Source: Clostridia bacterium (GTDB lineage: Bacteria; Bacillota; Clostridia; TANB77; CAG-508). Taken from it: a DNA stretch of 55,157 nucleotides. The notes below the pieces were generated by a model that saw nothing but the letters and a program-made list of their open reading frames with translations, had not been told where the DNA came from and did not search any database. The DNA is taken from the NCBI GenBank assembly GCA_045643205.1, contig JAZUKI010000001.1:1-55157 (forward strand). The letters are read 5' to 3'. The position numbers were made by a program, and so were the translations under genes. Shown one piece after another: positions 38,119 through 47,697 of the stretch. The stretch's first letter is position 1; each line of letters begins with the position of its first letter.

Positions 38119-38127
38119 TGCTATAAT
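38119..38127 (+). promoter_or_regulatory. Extended -10 promoter for mfd
   Basis: TGcTATAAT 32 bp upstream of the ATG. Confidence 0.5.
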
Positions 38128-38159
38128 CAATACATATTCCAAACAAAAAGAGAAGGATC

Positions 38160-41100
38160 ATGAATTATATTTTAAAAGACTTTGTTTCAACAAAGGTTTA
38201 TGAGAATCTTAAAGGTTTGGAAAAAGAATATTTCCAAGCCAATAATAAAAAATACAGGTACCCGGTAGTTTTATCGGGTCTTGTTGGCGTGTCAAAGGCT
38301 ATGCTTGGAAGTGCATTAAATATTGATAACAAAGAAAAAGTAGTTATAGTAACTTACAATGAATTACAAGCAAGAGAATTATTAAAAAATATTTTATACT
38401 TTACAGATGATGTTGATTTCTTTCCAAAGAGGGAAATATCAATTTATGATTACGATGCTGAAAGTAATGAAATAGAATTTGACAGAATAGCTGTTTTAAA
38501 TAAGATACATAAAAACAAAGCTAAAATCATAGTTACTACAATCGAAGCATTAATGCAAAATTTAATTGCAGAAAATTCACTTTATGAAAATTCTATCAAC
38601 TTTAAAGTTGGGGACGAAGTGGACATAGAAAAGATTAAAAATATTTTAATTAATTTAGGATATGAGAGATCAGATTTAACTGAAGCTAGAGGTCAATTTA
38701 GTATTAGAGGAGATATCATAGATATTTCTCAAAGCGAAACAGTAGGCATAAGAATTGAACTTTGGGGAGATACAATAGATAGCATTAGAGAATTTAACTT
38801 ACAAAATCAAAGATCTGTTGAGAACATTGATAAGTGCGAAATTTTACCTATGTCTGAAAAAATTATTGATTCACCTTTATCTGTAGTTGCTGATAGAATC
38901 GAACAGGCAGTAGCACATGATATTTTAAAATCGACAGAGAACATAAATAAAGATGTTGAAGAAATTAGAAATGGTGATTATAGAAATAAAATCGATAGAT
39001 ATTTTGATAGATTTTATATAAATCAATCTAATTTATTAGACTATTTAAAAGACTTTAAAATTTTAGTTGACGAACCAGAAAAAATTAAGCAAAGAATTGA
39101 ATCAATTCAATTAGATAATGAAAATTTAATTAAAGAACTAATTGAAAAAGGCAAAGCTGTTCCTGATGTTTTATATAGTGAAAATAAATATATTTACAAC
39201 TTTGAAAATTATGATAATGTCATTTATATAAAAGAAGCGGATAGCAATTTTAATAGTTTTAAATACAAAGAAAATAATTCTTTTACTAGCGATAATCTTA
39301 AAGGTATCAATGATGAAATTGTAAGATATATAAAAGATAAAAGAAAAGTTATCATTTTGACAGGTTCAGTTGAGGGCCAAAACAAAGTAGCAAAATTAAT
39401 AGAAAATTCAACTAAGGTTGAAAGTTTAGATGGAGTAAAGGCTAGTCCATCTAGTATATTTGTGTGCACTGGAGCACTTACAACAGGTTTTATAAATGAA
39501 GAAACAGGAATTGTTGTTTTAAGTAACGAGGAATTTTTTTCAGCTAGAAAGAAACATTTAAGATCAAATATAAAATCATTTAATGAAGGTTCAAAAATTG
39601 TTTTTGCAGACCTTAATGTAAATGATTATGTTGTTCATAGAAAATATGGTATAGGTGTTTTTACAGGTGTAAAAACAATAGAAGTAGACGGCATTACAAA
39701 AGATTTCATTGGAATTCAATATAGAGGAGGAGATGCTTTATATGTTCCAACAACAAACTTGGATAATGTCAGAAAATATATTGGTGGCGAAGGAAGTCTT
39801 AAGTTAAATAAACTTGGAACAAAAGAATGGGCAGATACAAAAGCTAAAGTTAAAGGAAACTTAAGAAGTGTTGCTAAAGAATTAATTGAACTTTATGCAA
39901 GAAGAGAAAATTCAAAAGGTTTTGCATTTAGCGAAGATACACCTTGGCAAAAAGAATTTGAAGAAAGTTTTCCATACTCAGAAACTGATGATCAGTTAAG
40001 ATGTATTGCTGAAGTAAAGAAAGATATGCAAAACGCTAAACCAATGGATAGATTGCTATGTGGAGATGTTGGATATGGAAAAACAGAAGTAGCTTTAAGA
40101 GCAGCATTTAAAGCTGTTATGGATGGAAAGCAAGTTGCATATTTAGCACCAACAACAATTTTAGCAAACCAACAATATGAAGAATTTGTTGAGAGAATGC
40201 AAGCATATCCAATTAGAATAGAACTTCTTAATAGATTTAGAACTGCAAAACAACAAAAAGAAACAGTTGAAAAACTAAAACGTGGTGAAGTTGATGTAGT
40301 AGTTGGAACTCATAGATTATTAAGTAAAGATGTTGAATTTAAAGATTTAGGATTGTTAATAGTTGATGAGGAACATAGATTTGGAGTTAAAGCGAAAGAA
40401 AAGATAAAAGAGTACAAAGCAACAGTTGATGTTTTAACAATGACTGCAACTCCAATTCCACGTACATTACAAATGTCTATAGTTGGTATTAGAGATATGT
40501 CTGTTATTTATGAACCACCTATGAATAGAAAACCAGTTCAAACTTATGTACTTGAATATGACAAAGAAATTATAAGAGAAGCAATAACAAAAGAACTTGA
40601 AAGAGGCGGTCAAGTTTTCTATATATTCAATAATGTAGAGCACATGCCTAGTAAGGCTCAAGAAATTATTAATATGATTCCAGAAGCAAAAGTTGATTTT
40701 GCAAATGGACAAATGACTGGAAATCAAATTGAAGAAATAATGCAAAATTTCATAGAAAATAAGACTAATGTTTTAGTTTGTACAACAATTCTTGAATCTG
40801 GAATAGATATTCCAAATGCAAATACTATTATTGTTGAAAATGCTGATAGATTTGGATTAGCACAACTTTACCAAATAAGAGGTAGAGTTGGTAGAAGTAA
40901 TCGCCAAGCATATGCATACATTACATATAGAAAAGATAGAATGATGAATGAAGATGCTTCAGCAAGATTAAAAGCAATAAAAGAATTTACTGAATTTGGT
41001 TCAGGTTTCAAAATAGCAACACGTGATCTTCAAATTAGAGGAGCAGGAAGTTTATTTGGTGAAATTCAATCAGGTCATATGGAACAAGTTGGTTATGATA

Positions 41101-41588
41101 TGTATAACCGTTTGCTACAGGAAGTTGTTAAAGAAATGAAAGGCGAAAAAATAGAAGAAGAGCCTGAAGAAGAAATTACAATTGATATTAATTTATCTGC
41201 ATATATTCCAGGAAATTATATAGAAAATGCATCTCAAAAAATTGAGGTCTATCAAGATATAGCTAATTGTACTAGTGAAGAAGATATTAAAAATGTTATC
41301 GACGAAATAAAAGATAGATATGGTGTTTTACCAAAAGAAGTTGAGAATTTACTTGAAATTGCAAGAATTAAAAATTTATGTAGAGATAAAAAAATTATTA
41401 AGATTCAACAAAAACAAAGTAACATTGTTTTCACATTAAAAGAGTTTAATAATGACAAAGCTGTTGATTTAATAAAACGTTATGGACATCAAATAAGATT
41501 TTCACCAGGAGTAACACCTTATTTAACTTTAAAGCCGGATAATAAAAATTTAATTGAAGAGATAAAAGAATTTATTAATATTATTTAA
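38160..41588 (+). CDS. mfd: Transcription-repair coupling factor
   Basis: UvrB-like N-terminus, CarD/RID domain, GDVGYGKT, DEEH, TATPIPRTL, QIRGRVGR, RDLQIRGAG. Confidence 0.97.
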   Translation: MNYILKDFVSTKVYENLKGLEKEYFQANNKKYRYPVVLSGLVGVSKAMLGSALNIDNKEKVVIVTYNELQARELLKNILYFTDDVDFFPKREISIYDYDAESNEIEFDRIAVLNKIHKNKAKIIVTTIEALMQNLIAENSLYENSINFKVGDEVDIEKIKNILINLGYERSDLTEARGQFSIRGDIIDISQSETVGIRIELWGDTIDSIREFNLQNQRSVENIDKCEILPMSEKIIDSPLSVVADRIEQAVAHDILKSTENINKDVEEIRNGDYRNKIDRYFDRFYINQSNLLDYLKDFKILVDEPEKIKQRIESIQLDNENLIKELIEKGKAVPDVLYSENKYIYNFENYDNVIYIKEADSNFNSFKYKENNSFTSDNLKGINDEIVRYIKDKRKVIILTGSVEGQNKVAKLIENSTKVESLDGVKASPSSIFVCTGALTTGFINEETGIVVLSNEEFFSARKKHLRSNIKSFNEGSKIVFADLNVNDYVVHRKYGIGVFTGVKTIEVDGITKDFIGIQYRGGDALYVPTTNLDNVRKYIGGEGSLKLNKLGTKEWADTKAKVKGNLRSVAKELIELYARRENSKGFAFSEDTPWQKEFEESFPYSETDDQLRCIAEVKKDMQNAKPMDRLLCGDVGYGKTEVALRAAFKAVMDGKQVAYLAPTTILANQQYEEFVERMQAYPIRIELLNRFRTAKQQKETVEKLKRGEVDVVVGTHRLLSKDVEFKDLGLLIVDEEHRFGVKAKEKIKEYKATVDVLTMTATPIPRTLQMSIVGIRDMSVIYEPPMNRKPVQTYVLEYDKEIIREAITKELERGGQVFYIFNNVEHMPSKAQEIINMIPEAKVDFANGQMTGNQIEEIMQNFIENKTNVLVCTTILESGIDIPNANTIIVENADRFGLAQLYQIRGRVGRSNRQAYAYITYRKDRMMNEDASARLKAIKEFTEFGSGFKIATRDLQIRGAGSLFGEIQSGHMEQVGYDMYNRLLQEVVKEMKGEKIEEEPEEEITIDINLSAYIPGNYIENASQKIEVYQDIANCTSEEDIKNVIDEIKDRYGVLPKEVENLLEIARIKNLCRDKKIIKIQQKQSNIVFTLKEFNNDKAVDLIKRYGHQIRFSPGVTPYLTLKPDNKNLIEEIKEFINII

Positions 41589-41602
41589 TACGCAATAAAA
41601 TA

Positions 41603-41655
41603 AAAAATAAGATAGTAAAAAATGAGCTATTGAAAAATAAAATATTGAAAAACAG
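41603..41655 (+). repeat. Degenerate 15-bp tandem repeat x3.5
   Basis: aaaaataagatagta aaaaatgagctattg aaaaataaaatattg aaaaacag. Confidence 0.55.
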
Positions 41656-41667
41656 AAGGAGGCTAAA

Positions 41668-42459
41668 ATGATTATAACAAGCAAAGATAATGAGACTATA
41701 AAATCAATTAAAAAGTTAAAAGAAAAAAAGTATAGAACTAATAGTTTTATAGTTGAAGGAATTAAAATGGTAAAAGAATCTTTAGAACAAGCAGAAGTAG
41801 AAAAAGTAATTGTAAGTGAAACTTTTTCAAATTCAGATGATTTCAAAAGTTTTAATTGCAATACTTTCAAAAAAAATAATTTTGATGAAACAAAATTAAT
41901 CATTGCTTCAGATAAAGTTTTCGAAGAATTAACTGATGTTATAACACCACAAGGAATAATTGCAGTAGTTAGTAAAAAATCAAATACAGAAATTGATTAT
42001 AACGATGAATTTATTTTAGCTCTTGATGGAATTCAAGATCCAGGAAATTTGGGAACAATTATAAGAACAGCAGATAGTGCAAATATCAAACAAATAATTG
42101 TTTCTAAGGCAACTGTTGATGCATATTCTCCTAAAGTTGTTAGAAGTACAATGGGTGGGATTTTCAGAACAAAAGTAATTGAAGTTGAAAATTTAGCAGA
42201 AACTTTAAATAAATTTAAAAGCAATGGATATAAAGTTATAACAACAGAACTAAGTGCAAAAAAATCAATTTATGATATAGATTATCAAAAATCAGTTGTT
42301 GTTATAGGAAACGAAGCAAATGGCGTAACTGAAGAAGTAAGTAAAGAGGCTACAGAAAAAGTAATTATTCCTATGCTAGGAAGTACTGAAAGTTTAAATG
42401 CAGCTGTTGCTACTAGTATTATAATTTATGAAAATGTAAGACAAAAATTACAAAAATAA
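41668..42459 (+). CDS. TrmH/SpoU family RNA methyltransferase
   Basis: ITSxDN, TPQGI, QDPGNLGTIIRTA, GNEANG, ESLNAA. Confidence 0.92.
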   Translation: MIITSKDNETIKSIKKLKEKKYRTNSFIVEGIKMVKESLEQAEVEKVIVSETFSNSDDFKSFNCNTFKKNNFDETKLIIASDKVFEELTDVITPQGIIAVVSKKSNTEIDYNDEFILALDGIQDPGNLGTIIRTADSANIKQIIVSKATVDAYSPKVVRSTMGGIFRTKVIEVENLAETLNKFKSNGYKVITTELSAKKSIYDIDYQKSVVVIGNEANGVTEEVSKEATEKVIIPMLGSTESLNAAVATSIIIYENVRQKLQK

Positions 42460-42566
42460 GTATACAAAAGTAAAAATATATGTTAGAATATTTCTCACCT
42501 AAGGGTAAGCAGTATCACACTCCGGGTAAAAAAATTATAGCCAAATGGCACAGGAGGGTTTACGAA

Positions 42567-42908
42567 ATGAAAGAGAAACAAAAGAAGCAGCGGCGGTTAG
42601 CAACAATGGTATCTGAACCAAAAGAAATTGCCAAATTAATGGCAAATGGAAATGAAAAGACTAAGATTTTTCTTGTAGAGTACATGAAAAAGTCTGAAGA
42701 AAATAAACTTTGGATAGATGTACTTGATATGTATGAAATTTATGGAGAAGATATTTTAATTCTCTATGAAACGTGTTGCAGCTCCGATCAGGATTTATTT
42801 AGTACAATTTTGTTGTATATAGATAATCAAAGTTTTGGAACATTTCTCGAACAGCGTAGAATGCTAAAAAAAATCATAAAGGATAAAGAAGTTTTTTTAG
42901 CAAGCTAA
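42567..42908 (+). CDS. Hypothetical protein
   Basis: AGGAGG RBS before the ATG at 42567; own terminator downstream; 113 aa. Confidence 0.6.
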   Translation: MKEKQKKQRRLATMVSEPKEIAKLMANGNEKTKIFLVEYMKKSEENKLWIDVLDMYEIYGEDILILYETCCSSDQDLFSTILLYIDNQSFGTFLEQRRMLKKIIKDKEVFLAS

Positions 42909-42942
42909 ACGTAAAAAAAGTAGTTTAATTTAACAAACTTTC

Positions 42943-42970
42943 TTCCATCTGCAAAGATGGAAGTTTTTTT
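42943..42970 (+). terminator. Intrinsic terminator
   Basis: CTTCCATCT-gcaa-AGATGGAAG plus T-run. Confidence 0.85.
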
Positions 42971-43029
42971 ATGCCTAAAATCATTAAATTTGGCAAGTTT
43001 AAAAAAAGCATTTACACATACTGGAATAC

Positions 43030-43058
43030 TTGAAAAAACTAGTCTAAAAGGGTATAAT
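43030..43058 (+). promoter_or_regulatory. SigA promoter of aspS
   Basis: TTGAAA-17-TATAAT. Confidence 0.7.
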
Positions 43059-43109
43059 ATACAAGTACATTTTTGCCCGCTTTTGGGCGATAAGAGGAGC
43101 ATAAATATT

Positions 43110-44882
43110 ATGTATAGAAATCATAATTGTGGAGAATTAAATATTAAAAACGTAGGAGAAACAGTTCAACTTGCTGGATGGGTTCAAAGAATTAGAAATC
43201 TTGGATCTATGCAATTTGTAGACTTAAGAGATCAATTTGGAATTACTCAAATTGTTGTTTCTTCTGATGCAATAAAGAAAGATATGGAAAACGTATATCC
43301 TGAAACAGTTATAAGTGTTACAGGTTCTGTTGTTGAGCGTTCTAATAAGAATGATAAAATGGCAACAGGAGAAATTGAAATTAATGCTGAAAAAATTGAA
43401 GTCTTAGGTAAATGTAAAAATGTTTTACCTTTTGAAGTTAATTCTGAAAAAGTTGATATTAACAATGTTAGAGAAGATTTAAGACTTCAATATAGATATA
43501 TAGATTTAAGAAATGACAGAATTCATAATAGTATTTTATTAAGATCAAAGATAATTAAGATGCTTAGAGATGAGATGGAGAAAAAGGGATTTCCAGAAAT
43601 TCAAACACCAATTTTAGCTAACTCATCACCAGAAGGAGCTAGAGATTATTTAGTACCTAGTAGACTTCATGCTGGAAAATTCTATGCATTACCTCAAGCA
43701 CCACAACAATTTAAACAATTATTAATGATTAGTGGCTTTGATAAATATTATCAAATAGCACCATGTTTTAGAGATGAGGATCCAAGAGCAGATAGAGCTC
43801 CAGGTGAATTTTATCAATGGGATATGGAAATGGCATTTGCTACTCAAGATGATGTTTTTGCAGTTGTTGAAGATATTATGCCAAGAGTATATGAAAAATT
43901 TACTACATGGACAGTTGATAAAGCACCATTTATTAGAATTCCATATGCTGAAGCAATGGAGAAGTATGGTATTGATAAACCAGATTTAAGAAATCCATTA
44001 ATAATTACAGATGTTACAAAGTCATTTGAAAATTCTGAGTTTAAGGCATTCCAAGGAAAAACAGTAAAATGTATTATTGTTCCTAACGGAAATGAACAAG
44101 GAAGAAAATTCTTTGATAATATGGAAGAGTTTGCAAAATCAGCTAGTGTTGGAGCTAAAGGACTTGCATGGGTAAAGGAAGATGCTGAAGGTGTTCTAGC
44201 TGGAGGAATTAGTAAGTTTATTACTGATGCTATGAAAGAAGAAATTGGATTAAAACCAAATGATGCTGCATTCTTTGTTGGAGATGAATTTAGAAAAGCT
44301 CAAAAAATTGCTGGATTAGTAAGAATTGAGTTAGGTAAGAGATTAGAATTAATAGAGAAGAATGTTTACAAATTCTGTTGGATAGTTGATTTCCCAATGT
44401 ATGAGTACAATGAAGATGAAGATAAGATTGACTTCAACCATAATCCATTCTCAATGCCACAAGGAGGAATGGAAGCATTAGAAAATATGGATCCACTTGA
44501 TATTGTTGCATACCAATATGACTTAGTTTGCAACGGATATGAAGTTGCTTCAGGAGCTGTTAGAAATCATAATCCAGAAATTATGGTTAAAGCTTTTGAA
44601 ATAGCAGGATATAAAGAAGAAGAAGTTAAGAAGAGATTTGGAGCTTTATATACAGCATTCCAATATGGTACACCACCACATGCTGGTATAGCACCTGGTC
44701 TTGATAGAATGGTAATGTTAATTGCTGATACAGATAATATTAGAGAAGTAATTGCATTCCCTAAGAATAAGAAAGCAAGAGATGTTATGATGAATGCTCC
44801 AAGTATTGTAACAGATGCACAATTAAAAGATGTTCATATTGCAGTTACAGAGATTGAAGATGATACAGAAGGTGAGAATTAG
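43110..44882 (+). CDS. aspS: Aspartate--tRNA ligase
   Basis: MYRNHNCG start after GAGGAG; PEGARDYLV, CFRDEDxRADR, GxAxGLDR, IAFPK. Confidence 0.97.
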   Translation: MYRNHNCGELNIKNVGETVQLAGWVQRIRNLGSMQFVDLRDQFGITQIVVSSDAIKKDMENVYPETVISVTGSVVERSNKNDKMATGEIEINAEKIEVLGKCKNVLPFEVNSEKVDINNVREDLRLQYRYIDLRNDRIHNSILLRSKIIKMLRDEMEKKGFPEIQTPILANSSPEGARDYLVPSRLHAGKFYALPQAPQQFKQLLMISGFDKYYQIAPCFRDEDPRADRAPGEFYQWDMEMAFATQDDVFAVVEDIMPRVYEKFTTWTVDKAPFIRIPYAEAMEKYGIDKPDLRNPLIITDVTKSFENSEFKAFQGKTVKCIIVPNGNEQGRKFFDNMEEFAKSASVGAKGLAWVKEDAEGVLAGGISKFITDAMKEEIGLKPNDAAFFVGDEFRKAQKIAGLVRIELGKRLELIEKNVYKFCWIVDFPMYEYNEDEDKIDFNHNPFSMPQGGMEALENMDPLDIVAYQYDLVCNGYEVASGAVRNHNPEIMVKAFEIAGYKEEEVKKRFGALYTAFQYGTPPHAGIAPGLDRMVMLIADTDNIREVIAFPKNKKARDVMMNAPSIVTDAQLKDVHIAVTEIEDDTEGEN

Positions 44883-44945
44883 TTTTTATAGTTATTATAA
44901 ATTTTTATGAGTATCATGAATTTTTATAGTTATTATGAATTTTTA
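44883..44945 (+). repeat. 19-bp tandem repeat x3.3
   Basis: tttttatagttattataaa tttttatgagtatcatgaa tttttatagttattatgaa ttttta. Confidence 0.8.
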
Positions 44946-44966
44946 CAACATTATTGAGGAGTTAAA

Positions 44967-45848
44967 ATGGAAGAAACCGACTATGATGTAGTTATTTTAG
45001 GAGCTGGTCCTGCAGGAATATCAGCTGGATTATATGCATTCAGAGGAGGATTAAAAACATTAGTATTAAATAATCCTGCTTCTGGCTCTGCACTTAGTCA
45101 AGCTCATTTGATTTCAAATTACTATGGTTTCCCTGATGGAATAAAGGGCGATGATTTATTTAATAATGGAATCAAGCAAGCAAAAAATCTTGGAATTGAA
45201 GTTAGAGATGAAGAAGTAATTGATTTATCAATTTTTTCTGATAATGTGTTTTTGGTAAAAACAGCCGAAAACGAATATTCAACAAAAGTTATTATTATTG
45301 CTCTTGGCGACAAGAAACAAAAACCTAATATTGAAGGTATTGATAAATATACTGGCAGAGGCGTGAGTTATTGTGCAGTATGTGATGGATTTTTCTATAA
45401 AGAAAAAGATGTTGCAGTAATAGGAAATGGAAAATATGCACTTAATGAAATTGAACATCTTAAGAATATTGTTGGTTCAGTAAAATTATTTACAAATGGT
45501 GAAGAAATAAATTTTGACAAAGATGATAATTTGATAATTGATACAAGAAAAATTAAATCAATATCTGGTGATAATAAAGTGGAAACAGTTAATTTCACAG
45601 ATGAAAATTCAGAAAAGATTGATGGAATTTTTATTGCTATAGGAACAGCAAGTGGAAATGATTTAGCTACCAAGATGGGAATTTTGATGGATAATGAAAC
45701 AATTGTAGTTAATGAAAAAATGGAAACCAATGTTCCAGGAATATATGCTTGTGGCAATATCACCGGTGGTTTACTTCAAGTAAACAAGGCAGCATATGAA
45801 GGAGCACAAGCAGGTTTGAATGCAATAAAGTATATTACAAAACACTAA
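44967..45848 (+). CDS. Thioredoxin reductase-family flavoprotein
   Basis: GAGPAG, NYYGF, GVSYCAVCDG, PGIYACG; NADPH-binding motifs degenerate. Confidence 0.85.
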   Translation: MEETDYDVVILGAGPAGISAGLYAFRGGLKTLVLNNPASGSALSQAHLISNYYGFPDGIKGDDLFNNGIKQAKNLGIEVRDEEVIDLSIFSDNVFLVKTAENEYSTKVIIIALGDKKQKPNIEGIDKYTGRGVSYCAVCDGFFYKEKDVAVIGNGKYALNEIEHLKNIVGSVKLFTNGEEINFDKDDNLIIDTRKIKSISGDNKVETVNFTDENSEKIDGIFIAIGTASGNDLATKMGILMDNETIVVNEKMETNVPGIYACGNITGGLLQVNKAAYEGAQAGLNAIKYITKH

Positions 45849-45901
45849 TTTAATTGAATATAATATTGCCGTTATGGTATAAATTTATTAGGAGAATTTT
45901 A

Positions 45902-46939
45902 ATGAAAAACATTAAGGATTATAACCTAGATGCATTAAAAGAAGAACTTGTAAGTTTAGGCGAAAAAGGTTTTCGTGCTGAACAAATATTTAAGTGGTTA
46001 TATGTTGATAAGGCAAAGTCTTTTGATGAAATGACTAATCTTTCATTAGATTTAAGAAATAAGCTTAAAGAAAATTATAATATTTGTGATTTTTCAATTG
46101 AAAGAAAGTTAGTTTCAAAAGATGGAACAATTAAATATCTTTTTGGTTTGGGTGATGGAAATGCAATTGAATCAGTTATGATGGAATACAAATATGGAAA
46201 AACAGTATGTGTTTCAACTCAAATAGGATGTAAAATGGGATGCAAATTTTGTGCATCAACAGGAGCTCAATTTGTTAGAAGTTTAACTTCAGGTGAGATT
46301 GTAGAGCAAATAATTAAAATTGAGCAAGATACAGGTGAGACAATTTCAAATGTTGTATTTATGGGAATTGGCGAGCCAATGGATAATTTTGAAAATGTTA
46401 TGAATGCAATAGGCATTTTAAACAATCAAAAAGGACTAAACATAGGAGCAAGACATATTGGTGTAAGTACTAGTGGTGTTGTTCCAAAAATTAGAGAATT
46501 TGCAGATAAAGATGTTCAATGTACATTAGCAATATCTTTACATAGTGCAAATAATGAAACTCGTTCAAGTATGATGCCAGTTAATAATGCATATCCAATT
46601 GAAGAATTAATGGATGCTTGCAAATATTATATGGATAAGACAAATAAACGTATTTCTTTTGAATATGCATTAGCAAGAGATAATAATGACAACTTGAAAG
46701 ATGCTGAAGAATTAACAAATTTACTTAAGACAAAGCTAGGGTATTTAAATTTAATTCATGTAAATTTAATTCCTATTAATAAAATTGAAAATGGAAATTA
46801 TGATCAATCTTCATTAGAAAACATTATGAAGTTTAGAGATTATTTAAATGATCACGGTATCACAGCAACTATTAGAAGAGAACTAGGATCTGATATTAGT
46901 GCGGCATGTGGTCAATTACGTAGACAGAACTTAAAATAA
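45902..46939 (+). CDS. rlmN: Dual-specificity RNA methyltransferase RlmN
   Basis: CVSTQIGCKMGCKFC, MGIGEP, SLH, AACGQL; ATG after AGGAG. Confidence 0.95.
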   Translation: MKNIKDYNLDALKEELVSLGEKGFRAEQIFKWLYVDKAKSFDEMTNLSLDLRNKLKENYNICDFSIERKLVSKDGTIKYLFGLGDGNAIESVMMEYKYGKTVCVSTQIGCKMGCKFCASTGAQFVRSLTSGEIVEQIIKIEQDTGETISNVVFMGIGEPMDNFENVMNAIGILNNQKGLNIGARHIGVSTSGVVPKIREFADKDVQCTLAISLHSANNETRSSMMPVNNAYPIEELMDACKYYMDKTNKRISFEYALARDNNDNLKDAEELTNLLKTKLGYLNLIHVNLIPINKIENGNYDQSSLENIMKFRDYLNDHGITATIRRELGSDISAACGQLRRQNLK

Positions 46940-46949
46940 AGGAGGCACT

Positions 46950-47684
46950 ATGGTGCAAGCGTTTGCAACATCAGATGTTGGAAAAGTGCGAGAAATCAAC
47001 GAAGACTATTTTTCAATTAGTTATCCAAACGAAAATGTTCAAGTATTTTTATTAGCAGATGGTATGGGCGGATACGATGGTGGAGAAGTAGCTAGTAAGC
47101 TAGCAGTAACAACAGCAAAAAACTATATCTTAAGTAATTTTGAAAAAACCGAAAAAGATAGAGAAAAGTTAATTGAGTTGGTTAGAAGCGCAACACAATA
47201 TGCTAATATGGTAGTTTATGATAAGGCAAAAGAAAGAGGAAATGAAGAACTAAGAAAAATGGGCACTACTCTTGATATTTGCTTAATTTATCAAAACAAA
47301 ATTTATTTTTCACATATTGGAGATAGTAGAATTTATCGACTTAGAAAAGGTTTCTTTAGAAGACTAACTAAGGACGATAGTTATGTTCAACAACTTGTTG
47401 ATGAAGGAAAAATTACAAAAGATGAGGCAATAAATCACCCAGATAAAAACATGTTAATAAAGGCTTTAGGGGTTGCGCCTTATGTAGAAGTTGAAGCGGC
47501 AGATAAAGGTTATATGAGAGATGATGTAATCTTAATGTGCTCAGATGGATTAACTAATATGGTAAGTGAAGAAGAAATTGCTCAAATAATTTTAGACAAT
47601 CCATCAGATGCAACTGGAATGTTAATTCAAAAAGCTAATGATATGGGCGGAAGAGACAATATCACAGCTATTATCATAAGGTAA
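46950..47684 (+). CDS. prpC: PP2C Ser/Thr phosphatase (Stp1/PrpC)
   Basis: GKVRExNED, ADGMGG, MGTT, GDSR, CSDGL, GGRDNIT. Confidence 0.92.
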   Translation: MVQAFATSDVGKVREINEDYFSISYPNENVQVFLLADGMGGYDGGEVASKLAVTTAKNYILSNFEKTEKDREKLIELVRSATQYANMVVYDKAKERGNEELRKMGTTLDICLIYQNKIYFSHIGDSRIYRLRKGFFRRLTKDDSYVQQLVDEGKITKDEAINHPDKNMLIKALGVAPYVEVEAADKGYMRDDVILMCSDGLTNMVSEEEIAQIILDNPSDATGMLIQKANDMGGRDNITAIIIR

Positions 47685-47697
47685 GAGGAGAAAATAT

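Noticed and set aside
42957-43109. N-terminal extensions given by the ORF track for aspS (likewise gap, TPR, amylase, WG, rlmN, ylxM and the 42480 ORF)
   Set aside because: Downstream ATGs have clear Shine-Dalgarno sequences and, for the named families, match the usual N-termini; several extensions overlap promoters or terminators.
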